The notes: a model not told the origin generated them from the sequence alone. Shown: positions 8,922 through 17,434, counted from the first letter of the stretch. The stretch: DNA of 32,000 nucleotides from Telmatocola sphagniphila (GCF_018398935.1 NZ_CP074694.1:5010001-5042000), one strand, 5' to 3'. A program made the numbers and translations.

Positions 8922-9812
8922 TCAGATAATATCGGCGAAGCCTTTTTCCACTCTGCGGAAATACGCCGAGCCGAACAGGAACAGCATCAGACTGATGCCG
9001 CCGGAAACAACCAGGGCATACCAATCGAGCGGACCATTCAAAACGCACTGGCGAAAATTGAGAATCAATCCGTAAACCGGGTTCAACGGCATCAGCCATT
9101 GCGACAGGCTGCCGATGCTTTCCGAGGGCAGATAAATACAAGGCGTGGCCAGCATCCAGAGCTGCACGGCAAAGTTCAAAACGTATTTGAAATCGCGCTG
9201 GGCCACAATCAGAGCCGCCAGCAGAATGCCGATCCCCAGCGCGCTGGCGATCAACAATCCCATGATCACCGGTGCAAGTAATAAGGTGATTCCCGGCGTC
9301 ACCTGATAGACCAGCATCAGCACAACCAGCAGGGTGATCGACACCAGAAAATCGAACAGGGCCGAACCCACCGAACTGATCGGCACTAATAATCTTGGGA
9401 AGTAAACCTTGGTAACCAGATTCTGATTCTGGATCACACTCATCCCGGCCGTGCTGATGGCGTTGGAAAAGAAGGTCCAGGGCAGGATGCCGGCGAAAAC
9501 GAACAGCGAATAATGTTCGATCTGGTTGGCCACACCGCCCATCCGCCCGATGCAGAGTGCAAACACGAGCATGGTGGCCAGCGGTTGAATGAAAGCCCAG
9601 GCCACACCGAGCACCGTCTGCTTGTAGCGGACCTTGATATCGCGCCAGGTGAGATAGTAAAGCAGTTCCCGGAAGCGCCAGAGCTCGGCCAGACGGAAGG
9701 CCGCCCAACCCTGCTTCGCTTGAATGACCGTGATGGCCAGCTCCGGTAAAGGCGCGGCCGGTGTCGGCGATTGCGGAGGAACGGCCTCGATCGTATTGGT
9801 CAAACTATTCAT
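8922..9812 (-). CDS. wzm: ABC-2 type polysaccharide exporter permease (Wzm-like)
   Basis: It carries the family motif WRFRELLYYLTWRDIKVRYKQTVLGVAWAFIQPL followed by six hydrophobic segments. The first ATG is at 9812. The track start at 9839 is a TTG, so the N-terminus is uncertain by 9 codons. Confidence 0.88.
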   Translation of the reverse strand: MNSLTNTIEAVPPQSPTPAAPLPELAITVIQAKQGWAAFRLAELWRFRELLYYLTWRDIKVRYKQTVLGVAWAFIQPLATMLVFALCIGRMGGVANQIEHYSLFVFAGILPWTFFSNAISTAGMSVIQNQNLVTKVYFPRLLVPISSVGSALFDFLVSITLLVVLMLVYQVTPGITLLLAPVIMGLLIASALGIGILLAALIVAQRDFKYVLNFAVQLWMLATPCIYLPSESIGSLSQWLMPLNPVYGLILNFRQCVLNGPLDWYALVVSGGISLMLFLFGSAYFRRVEKGFADII

Positions 9813-9866
9813 TTCCGGTTCAAGCAGACTCAAGGACAAACCTTGCGATTCGCCGCGAAATAAGAA

Positions 9867-11213
9867 CTACGAACGACTTTTCTGCACCAGACGCACCAAT
9901 AGCATGCCGGCCAGCGCCCCGATAGGTTCTATCAAAACATCACTTATCGTGGGGTAGTGACTTGGCAGATAATTCTGGCCCGCTTCGATTCCCACCGCCA
10001 AAGCGAGGCTGGGGATCAGAATCTTCAACCAGGGAAGCCCCGGACCCGGCTTGGTCAACAGAACCCCGATCGGCACGAACACCAGCATCTTCTGGAACAT
10101 CTTGTAAAAAGCATCCAGATAGTCGTGCTCGTAGTAATCGACGAAGGGCATCCAGTTGAAGCCCTTGCGGTTCGACCGCAGCGCAACCGCATCCTCCAGG
10201 AAGTTGAAAGGTTGCCAGTTCATCACCATCAACCCGACCACCCATAATAATAGGAGCGGAATGCGCAGGCGAATCACGCCATCCGGTTTGGTCATCAGCT
10301 GGCTCATGCTCCAGCCGAATGCGACCGCCAGGGTTCCCGTGATGATGTCGGTTGCTTCAAACGCTCGGCTGAAGACCGTCAGTTGCAGGCATTCGATGAA
10401 CGCGGCCAGCACAAAGCCCGCACCGATTACCTTCAGGGCCCCCAGAGAATTTTTATTTCGAGGCCAGTCCAACCCGGCCAGAATCAGCCCGGCCGGGAAG
10501 AAGTAGCCAATATTGAAGAAGGTCTTCTCGAGAAACTGTTCCTTCCAGAGCTTGCGAAGATGTTCGGGCGCAAACTCGGGAAAATGAAACGGAATGAAGC
10601 GAATGTTGCCGTCTTTCCACTTCACCTTCAGAAACCCGAAATCCACCAGATCGAACGGCGTCGTATGCAGGAGGATCAAGCCGATCAGATAAATCGGCAC
10701 CAGCTTGCGCCAGACGTTGGCGGTTCCCTGTAACTGGTCAATCCGGCGGATCAAATCGGTGCTGGCCGTGCCGAAAAGTAGCCAGCTCAGGCAGCCGACG
10801 GCTCCCCCGAAAGTATTGGCCGCGATATCCTGAATGCTCGAAACGCGCTTCGGAATGAATAATTGCGTAAACTCGATACCGGCACTGAAGAGCATCAGAA
10901 ACGGGATCAGGACTATGCAGACGATCGACTGCAGCCAGCGCGAGCGATCGACTCCCCAAAACCCGGCCCAGAGAAAGCCGACCGGGATGCACATCACAAT
11001 GTTAATCAGCCAGTCCGAATTCAGCGTCGGTTGAATCGGCTGACTCAAAACCACCTGGAACTTTTCGATTGCATCCGGCAGCGACAGGGATCTGAATTCG
11101 AAGGGCACGAAGCAGCCGTACATCACCAACAGGGTGAAACCGATCGCCAGACAGAAATACGTTCGTCGATTGGGAAACTGCGCCCGGTAGTCGCGCTCGA
11201 GAGTAGGATTCAT
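9867..11213 (-). CDS. Polytopic membrane protein with three tandem VanZ-like modules
   Basis: The track ORF extends to 11399, but the ATG at 11213 (MNPTLERDYRAQF) forms an ATGA overlap with the upstream stop at 11210-11213. The VanZ signature E-x2-Q-x3-(P/F)-x-(R/H)-x5-D-(I/V) occurs three times with identical internal spacing. The copies are EFTQLFIPKRVSSIQDI (nt 10803-10874), ECLQLTVFSRAFEATDI (10314-10394) and EAGQNYLPSHYPTISDV (9906-9986). Confidence 0.75.
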   Translation of the reverse strand: MNPTLERDYRAQFPNRRTYFCLAIGFTLLVMYGCFVPFEFRSLSLPDAIEKFQVVLSQPIQPTLNSDWLINIVMCIPVGFLWAGFWGVDRSRWLQSIVCIVLIPFLMLFSAGIEFTQLFIPKRVSSIQDIAANTFGGAVGCLSWLLFGTASTDLIRRIDQLQGTANVWRKLVPIYLIGLILLHTTPFDLVDFGFLKVKWKDGNIRFIPFHFPEFAPEHLRKLWKEQFLEKTFFNIGYFFPAGLILAGLDWPRNKNSLGALKVIGAGFVLAAFIECLQLTVFSRAFEATDIITGTLAVAFGWSMSQLMTKPDGVIRLRIPLLLLWVVGLMVMNWQPFNFLEDAVALRSNRKGFNWMPFVDYYEHDYLDAFYKMFQKMLVFVPIGVLLTKPGPGLPWLKILIPSLALAVGIEAGQNYLPSHYPTISDVLIEPIGALAGMLLVRLVQKSRS

Positions 11214-12448
11214 GATCCGCTCTCGACGATCGCAGTCTCCTGAATGAGTTTGTTCACCGTCGAAACGGGAAAAAATTTCCCCAAAGGTTCGAGGCAGCGG
11301 TTCCAATCGTGATTCCGTTCGGCGAATTGGCGGCCGCGCTGTCCCAGTTCTTCCCGCAGTTCTCGATCGTACAGCAGTTGAGCAATGGCCGAGTGCCATT
11401 GCTCGGGAGTCGAAGCCGTCAGAGCGGGTAACTCCGTCGAGATTCCGAAACCGTTCAAGGCCGAAGGACTGGCGACCACAGCTTTTCGCATCGCCAGCGC
11501 TTCCAGAACTTTGTTCTGCAAACCGCGGGCGATGCGTAACGGGGCCACCGCAATACTCGCCGCCGACAGATAAGGGCGAATATCGGGTACGGTCCCCAGA
11601 ATCTCGACGCCGGGCATAGAACCGAGAGCTTTCACTTCCGGAGAAGGGTTGCGCCCAACGAGTTGGAGTATGGCTTGCGGAAATTTCTGGCGAACTCCCG
11701 GCCAGATATCCCGGCAGAACCAGAGCGCCCCATCGATATTCGGCTTATAGTCAAAAGCGCCGGTGAAGATTAGCGTCGGCTGCTTCGGTTCCACCGTTTC
11801 ACCCGGCGAATAGTATTCGAGATCGACGCCGTTAGTCGCCGAGCAGATGGCCGCGCGGCAGGAACCGACCTGGCTGCGCAACAACTCCGCTTCGGCCTCA
11901 CTCACCAGAGTCACGGACTGAGCCCACTGACAAATCTCCCGTTCCAATCGGGATACGGTGCGGGCTTCGCGGCGATACAACCATTTTTTCGGCACGACGG
12001 CCGAGTCGGCATAATCCTGCCACTTCCGGCTATCGACATCCACCAGATCGACGCACTTGATGGCCTTTTCCAAGCCTTCGAGTTGTAAATAGTGGGCCAC
12101 GCTCGATGCCGAACAGACCACCACATCAAATCGCGTCGTGCCGACCCATTGCCGAAGAGTTTCGAGCAAAGAGGGCGATCGGAACATCCCTTCGGACAGA
12201 CTGCGACCGGCCAGCGCCGAGTTCAAGGCTCGCAGTTTGCGAGAGAAGCCTTCCACAGGATTCCAGGTCACTCGCTCGGCAGTTTCCCGAAGCACTTTGA
12301 GTGTCTGTTCAGGTACCGGCTCATCGGCGAGAGAGGCCAGATAGACTTGGCCGTGCCGGGCCAGGTAGCGCAACACGTGCCAGTTCCGGATGCGATCCCC
12401 TTTGTCGGGGGGGTAGGGCATTCGGTGCGTGACGTAGAGAATATTCAC
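11210..12448 (-). CDS. Glycosyltransferase, GT-B fold, resembling the PEP-CTERM/EpsH1-associated sugar transferase family (TIGR03087-like)
   Basis: The GTG at 12448 lies 5 nt after the upstream stop. It gives (M)NILYVTHRMPYPPDKGDRIRNWHVLRYLARHG, the characteristic N-terminus of this family as I recall it. The C-terminal motif is IAVAPLRIARGLQNKVLEALAMRKAVVASP. The 85 aa upstream in the track ORF (MWPRRCRRWV...) overlap the preceding gene and look non-coding. Confidence 0.75.
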   Translation of the reverse strand: MNILYVTHRMPYPPDKGDRIRNWHVLRYLARHGQVYLASLADEPVPEQTLKVLRETAERVTWNPVEGFSRKLRALNSALAGRSLSEGMFRSPSLLETLRQWVGTTRFDVVVCSASSVAHYLQLEGLEKAIKCVDLVDVDSRKWQDYADSAVVPKKWLYRREARTVSRLEREICQWAQSVTLVSEAEAELLRSQVGSCRAAICSATNGVDLEYYSPGETVEPKQPTLIFTGAFDYKPNIDGALWFCRDIWPGVRQKFPQAILQLVGRNPSPEVKALGSMPGVEILGTVPDIRPYLSAASIAVAPLRIARGLQNKVLEALAMRKAVVASPSALNGFGISTELPALTASTPEQWHSAIAQLLYDRELREELGQRGRQFAERNHDWNRCLEPLGKFFPVSTVNKLIQETAIVESGS

Positions 12449-12452
12449 GAAT

Positions 12453-13412
12453 TCATACAGCCACGGAGGTGCCGAACTTCGAATCCGAGAGAGGGTAGTA
12501 GGCGGGTTCTTCCACGGAAGAAGTATCATTGGCATTGGCCGGTTCAACCGCAGCCTCGATCGGGACCACCACTTCCGCGATCGGTGGTGCAAAATCGGCA
12601 GGCAGCATCGCTTCGCGTTCGATGACTTCCGGCATGGGAAGTCGAAGCAGGAAGCGCACCAGACCACAGGGAAGACCCAGCGCCTGCAGCGGCGTGGCCA
12701 CAATCAGCTGCAAATCCAGCCAGAGAGTCATGTGGCGCAGATAGTAGAGATCGTAAATGACCTTTTGCTGAACGCTATGCAGATCCACATCGGGCGGCAG
12801 ATAGACCTGGGCCATGCCGGTCACCCCCGGCTTCACCAGCATCCGATAGCGATAATTCGTCACCGTCTGTTCGAGCACCGAGATAAATTCCGGTCGTTCC
12901 GGTCGCGGTCCGACGAAGCTCATTTCGGCTTGCAGGATATTCAAAAGTTGCGGCAGCTCATCCAGATGGGTGATGCGCAAAAACTTCCCGATCGGCGTTA
13001 CTCGATTATCGTTGCGACTGGCCCACTTGGCCCCCGATTGCTTTTCACAGTTATGGGCCATCGAACGAAACTTGACGATGCGAAACGGCGCTGCCAGTCG
13101 GCCCAGGCGCGTCTGCGAATAGAAAGCCGGGCCACTGGAAGTCAGCTTCACCAGGATGGCGATGACCAGAACGATTGGAAACAGCAAAACCGTCAATAAA
13201 GAAGCCAGCAACAGATCGAAGGTCGGCTTAATTTTGAGATAGGCCGATTGTCGAACCAGACCAAGACTCTGAAGCAATTCGAGCCGCCGCAATTCTCCCG
13301 GAGGCAAGCTTGTAGCCGCGGCCAGCGGGTTGCGATAACCCAAACGGGACTGAGGCCTACTGCTCCCGATGATAGCCTGGCTGTCTTCGTTGAAACGGGG
13401 TTCCGAAGTCAT
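12453..13412 (-). CDS. Polyprenyl-phosphate glycosyl-1-phosphate transferase (bacterial sugar transferase family, initiating enzyme)
   Basis: 319 aa with one TM helix (LLASLLTVLLFPIVLVIAILV). The catalytic core is FRIVKFRSMAHNCEKQSGAKWASRNDNRVTPIGKFLRITHLDELPQLLNILQAEMSFVGPRPERPEF. An unusual acidic/Pro-rich C-terminal tail of about 70 aa follows. Confidence 0.9.
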   Translation of the reverse strand: MTSEPRFNEDSQAIIGSSRPQSRLGYRNPLAAATSLPPGELRRLELLQSLGLVRQSAYLKIKPTFDLLLASLLTVLLFPIVLVIAILVKLTSSGPAFYSQTRLGRLAAPFRIVKFRSMAHNCEKQSGAKWASRNDNRVTPIGKFLRITHLDELPQLLNILQAEMSFVGPRPERPEFISVLEQTVTNYRYRMLVKPGVTGMAQVYLPPDVDLHSVQQKVIYDLYYLRHMTLWLDLQLIVATPLQALGLPCGLVRFLLRLPMPEVIEREAMLPADFAPPIAEVVVPIEAAVEPANANDTSSVEEPAYYPLSDSKFGTSVAV

Positions 13413-13492
13413 GAAGCTGTCCGTCGAAATTCCAAATAACCACAGCCGGAGAGAGGCCAGCTCGTAATGATAAATCTTTAAAGGCGGCGGTT

Positions 13493-13520
13493 ATTCTAAG
13501 GGGTCAATCTAGAGAATCAA
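13493..13520 (-). promoter_or_regulatory. Candidate sigma70-type internal promoter for the sugar-transferase operon
   Basis: On the minus strand the sequence reads TTGATT (13520-13515), 16 nt, TAGAAT (13498-13493). It lies about 80 nt upstream of the ATG at 13412, inside a 296-nt AT-rich gap. This is a pattern match only. Confidence 0.35.
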
Positions 13521-13708
13521 GAAAACGATTTTACGGATTACGCAGACCAATTGGTTCAGAACGGGGTTTGAATTTTCGGTTCACAACCCAACCTGAGTCC
13601 ATTAAATAAGTTTTTTAACTTACAAAACAAAATCGGCGCACCTCAGAAACAAACAAACGCACGATAATACAATTGAATTGTTATTTCTGGTATTTTCGGT
13701 CTGCCCGC

Positions 13709-15949
13709 CTACTTCGCCATGCTGACATATTGCGAATTTCCGTAGCCGTACAACTCTTCCCGGGTGCCGTTGACGATGGCCCCGGCGATCAGCACATCCA
13801 ACTGAGCCAGGCGATGCTGGGCTGAATTCACTTTCTCGAGTTGGGTGTGATTCACGAACATGCTGAAAAGCACTGAATCGGCATGGCGAGCCATGAGCAA
13901 TGTATCCGCCACCGGCAGAATGGGGCTGGAATCAATGAGGATGAAATCGAAATGATCTCGCAGCTCATTGATAATGTGCCCGAATCCGTCCATGGCCAGC
14001 TGTTGAATGGAAAGCCGTTCGGCCCGGCCGGCCGTCATAATGGTGAGGTTGGCAATCGGCGTGTCGATCAGAGCTTGTTCCGCATTCACCTCGCCGCGAA
14101 GGGCTTCGCAGACGCCCGGCGACACCGGCATCTTGAAGAACTCATGCAGCGTGGGCTTACGAAGATCGCCATCGACGAGCAGCGTCTTGCGTCCGGAACG
14201 GGCCAGACTTTGGGCGAGCGCCCGGGCTACCGTAGACTTCCCTTCCGAAGCGACCGCACTGGTGATCAGGACCACCTTCAATTGGCTTGCTCGAGCAGTG
14301 TGAAGCAGAATCGTCCGGGCACTATCGATCGATTCGGTGAGCAGGGTATGCCAGCGCAGATCGCTGGCGGTTGGTTTCTCGGGCAACCCATGTTCCAGCA
14401 ACGCCTTGGAAGGGCATTTGGGTAAGGAACCGATTAGTCTCATTCCCACATCGAGGACGATTTCATCGATGCCGCCAAGCCGACGGGCTCGGAATTCCAG
14501 AAAAGCGAACAACAGCAGAGTGGCCCCGAATCCGAAGATCGCTCCCAGAGCCGAAATTTTTACCCGGCGTTCCCGGTCGTTGGGAATTTCCACGGTGGCC
14601 GGTTCGAGTTCCTCGATGCCCTGTTTGGCGGTGATTTCCAGCTTGGCCTGAGCTTCTTTACGCTTCAACGAAGCATATTCCTCCTGGGCTTGTTCCAGAT
14701 CGATATCCTTACCGTCCAGAAGTACCCGGCCACTGACCTTGGATTTCAGGGAATCCCGGCGAAGCTTCAAGGTGGCGATATCGTTGGCGAGAACTTTCAA
14801 TTCCGCTTGTTTGCTGGCTATCGAATCCCGGGCTTCCTTATCGAATTTATCCTTGGCTTGCTCCTCCAGATTCTTTCGCGCCTGCTTGCGGCACTCGTCG
14901 AGTTTCTTCTGATTCTCGGTCAGATCGCTTTCGATTTTGACAATCGTCGGGGAGCCGGGCTCGTATCGCTTCCGGTAGTCTTCCAGCATCTTGTTCAGTT
15001 CGCGATTTTTCCGCGTCAGTTCAATGAACTCGTCATCGGTGGTAAGAAAATTGTTGATGGTCGCCTCGGGAATCCGGAAGCGATCTTCCGAATTCAAACG
15101 GTTTTGCAATAATTCCAGGCTCGATTTGGTTTTGCTCTCTTCGCGTTCCAGATTATTCAGTTCGCTCATCAGGCTCAGATACTCACTCTGAAACTGCATC
15201 TGTTGCGCTTCGACGGTGGCCTTGGTTCCGGAATTGTCCTTCAGTTGATTTTCCAGAGCATCCCGAATCTTCTTGAGCCGCTTTTCGGATTCGGTAACTT
15301 GGGCGTGAATTTCCTGATAGCGCTCCTGGCGGGCGGCACTTGCTCGGCCGGTGACCTCCGACATGTAGGAATTTTCTACCGCGGTGACGAGCTTTCCAAT
15401 CTCCCTATCCCGATCCCCTTCAAGCCGGATGCGGATGATTTCCGGACCGGATGGGAAATCCACTACTATTTCACGCTTCAGAAGCTTGATGGCGTTGTCG
15501 ATCGACCCTCGTTCCTGGATCGTTTCCAGCTCGGCGATCCCCGGCATTTCCAGCGCTTTCTTGAGGACCAGCCGGCTCAGAATTAACTCTTTGTGGGTTC
15601 TTTGGTCGATCTGCGATTCCGGGGCACGGATGGTTTCAGACTGGTCGCTGGGAATCAGCCGGAGTTTGGTGTACGCGCTCGGCCTGGTCGGAGGCAGGAA
15701 CACCCAGACAACCGCGGCCAGCAGGGCGCCCACAATCAGGCCGTAGAAGCTGGCCTTTTTCCAATTGCTTCGCAGCGAACGCAGCAGGGTTACTGCATTC
15801 AGCGGGCGAGGTGGCACGACGTGCATCGCGGGCTTGGCAATCGATTCCGGCAAGTCTCGCCAACCTTTTTCAACTCGGGCAGGAGCCGCCGTTTCCGGGG
15901 ATTTCGGCAGGGGATCAGTCATCTCAACCTCAGGTCGCAAATTTTGCAT
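13709..15949 (-). CDS. Polysaccharide co-polymerase / tyrosine autokinase (Wzc/EpsG-like, PCP-2a type)
   Basis: TM1 is FYGLIVGALLAAVVWVFL. A long coiled-coil periplasmic region follows, then TM2 (ALGAIFGFGATLLLFAFLEF). The kinase domain has Walker A ITSAVASEGKST, Walker A' LLVDGDLRKP and Walker B FILIDSSPILPVADT. The tail is Tyr-containing (EELYGYGNSQYVSMAK). The first ATG is at 15949. An in-frame GTG at 16006 is the alternative start used by the track. Confidence 0.88.
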   Translation of the reverse strand: MQNLRPEVEMTDPLPKSPETAAPARVEKGWRDLPESIAKPAMHVVPPRPLNAVTLLRSLRSNWKKASFYGLIVGALLAAVVWVFLPPTRPSAYTKLRLIPSDQSETIRAPESQIDQRTHKELILSRLVLKKALEMPGIAELETIQERGSIDNAIKLLKREIVVDFPSGPEIIRIRLEGDRDREIGKLVTAVENSYMSEVTGRASAARQERYQEIHAQVTESEKRLKKIRDALENQLKDNSGTKATVEAQQMQFQSEYLSLMSELNNLEREESKTKSSLELLQNRLNSEDRFRIPEATINNFLTTDDEFIELTRKNRELNKMLEDYRKRYEPGSPTIVKIESDLTENQKKLDECRKQARKNLEEQAKDKFDKEARDSIASKQAELKVLANDIATLKLRRDSLKSKVSGRVLLDGKDIDLEQAQEEYASLKRKEAQAKLEITAKQGIEELEPATVEIPNDRERRVKISALGAIFGFGATLLLFAFLEFRARRLGGIDEIVLDVGMRLIGSLPKCPSKALLEHGLPEKPTASDLRWHTLLTESIDSARTILLHTARASQLKVVLITSAVASEGKSTVARALAQSLARSGRKTLLVDGDLRKPTLHEFFKMPVSPGVCEALRGEVNAEQALIDTPIANLTIMTAGRAERLSIQQLAMDGFGHIINELRDHFDFILIDSSPILPVADTLLMARHADSVLFSMFVNHTQLEKVNSAQHRLAQLDVLIAGAIVNGTREELYGYGNSQYVSMAK

Positions 15950-16062
15950 GGGGTCTTCATTTTTTACGAATTTTGCGCGGACTCCGTCCCTCTGGGTGCA
16001 AAACACCTACATCGAGGGATGGACTATTCGTTCTGACTTTCGCGCCGCAGCACTCGAGTCCG

Positions 16063-16617
16063 TTAACGGGCGATGTCGATCATCCATTCGTCGATTTCGA
16101 TGGATACGCCTTGTTGCAGCATGTCCACTTCGACGAAAAATCGTCCTTTAGTTCCCTGTCTCAGCCACTTGCCGCGCAAGCCCTCCAGGGGGCCCGCGAC
16201 GATCTCCACCAGCTGTCCAGGCTGGAGTCGATTTTCCGGGCGCAGACTCTCGCCGTTCTGCAGGATTCGATAAACCTGGGTGAGGTCGGACCAGAGTCGG
16301 TTTTGATCGACGACTTTGAGACAGGAAGCGATTTGGTTGGTTTCCAGGGCAATCTGTCGGGCGTAAACATCGCCGTACAGAAATACATAGCCGGGGAAGA
16401 GCGGTGCGTAGGAGCAGCTTTTGCCCTGTCGGCTTGGGAGCGGTCGGGCATCCCAGGGTAAAAAAAAGCTCACATTACGGGAGAGCAGTTTGCGCGCAAT
16501 CGATTTTTCTACCCGGGAGCGGGTATGCAGAACCCACCATTCGGCGGTGGGCAGTTCAGCGGGCTCCGAGAGCAGAGCATCCGGATAAATAAACGGTTCC
16601 CGTTGCAGAACCGGCAT
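16063..16617 (-). CDS. NusG-family specialised paralogue (RfaH/UpxY/LoaP-like transcription antitermination factor)
   Basis: NGN-like N-terminus: WWVLHTRSRVEKSIARKLLSRNVSFFLPW. KOW-like C-terminus: GQLVEIVAGPLEGLRGKWLRQ. The ATG at 16617 is preceded by AGAGGA with a 6-nt spacer. The track start at 16656 is a TTG. It is the first gene of the polysaccharide locus. Confidence 0.75.
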   Translation of the reverse strand: MPVLQREPFIYPDALLSEPAELPTAEWWVLHTRSRVEKSIARKLLSRNVSFFLPWDARPLPSRQGKSCSYAPLFPGYVFLYGDVYARQIALETNQIASCLKVVDQNRLWSDLTQVYRILQNGESLRPENRLQPGQLVEIVAGPLEGLRGKWLRQGTKGRFFVEVDMLQQGVSIEIDEWMIDIAR

Positions 16618-17434
16618 CGCGAGTCCTCTAGCGGCGCAAATTTCATGCCAGGCCAACCACTTCGGGTGGTTTTGGCTGACTGAATCTTAGAACAAGACGC
16701 CTGTTTTTGTCGGAGAATAATGATTCGGCCGGTTAATACACATTTACGCTCTAAACCGTGGAGGCGGATGATCAGGGCGCACATCGACTTGCGCGCTCTA
16801 TCACCCCTGCTGTCCGTGCCGAATCCTTCGATATGGAGTGCGGATTTCCCGAGGTGTCAACTTACTGTTTAACCTCAAGGAAGCGGTAGTTATTTTAAAT
16901 GGGCTCCCGGGGGTTACAACAGTAAATCCGCGCATGGGGAACAAAACCGATTCCCCCGAAAGACCGATTGTAGCGGTTACGCGAAATGGGCACAATTCTT
17001 CAAACGGCACGCGCACCGTTTGGTCGAACTCTGATTTTTTTTAATCCCAAATGATCGAGTTGCTGGGCATAACCGATTAGAGGCACAAGGGATCTGCTAG
17101 CGCGCGGATACTGGCTTTGGATCTATGAGAATTTCTCACAGATTTGAAACCCTAAGTGTCTATGCAGCGCAGAGATAGGAATTTGTCGGCACAATCCGTT
17201 TTTCGGAAACGATCCACATCCCTGGCTCGTCATTACTTAGGTAAACGGATTGACACTAACCCTAGAATCTTTTCACATGTTACTAGGTGGGGAAATGCTG
17301 AGCATTAAAAACTGTCGTGGATTACCCGAAGTGTTTATTCGGTAATTGGATGTGTCTGTCGTTAGAATTAGTCACAAAAATTTTTGCCCCGTTCGAAATC
17401 ATAGGTTTTTGGTCGGCCAACCGGAGTAAGTATC

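Noticed and set aside
8280-9281. 333-aa plus-strand ORF
   Set aside because: It is antisense to the wzt and wzm genes, which have unambiguous Walker and ABC-2 motifs. There are no motifs of its own.
16883-16889. GCGGTAG, resembling the core of the enterobacterial RfaH ops element (GGCGGTAGnnTG)
   Set aside because: It is only a 7-nt partial match. It lies on the plus strand, which is the wrong non-template strand for the NusG-led operon. There is no reason to expect the E. coli ops sequence to be conserved in this lineage.
16880-17000. Possible c-di-GMP (GEMM-I-like) riboswitch upstream of the giant adhesin-like gene (GTAGCGGTTAC, GGGGGTTAC strings)
   Set aside because: The conserved GGCAAACC and ACGCAAAGC cores and the paired tetraloop/receptor hairpins are absent. 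The resemblance is limited to short strings.
16801-17044. Mutually antisense small ORFs (71 aa minus, 68 aa plus) in the divergent intergenic region
   Set aside because: Neither has an SD or start context, a recognisable motif, or coding-like composition. They overlap each other almost completely.
17250-17278. TTGACA-N17-TCACAT as the promoter of the giant gene
   Set aside because: The -10 hexamer lacks the critical A2. I kept it only as a remark within the intergenic-region finding, not as a feature.
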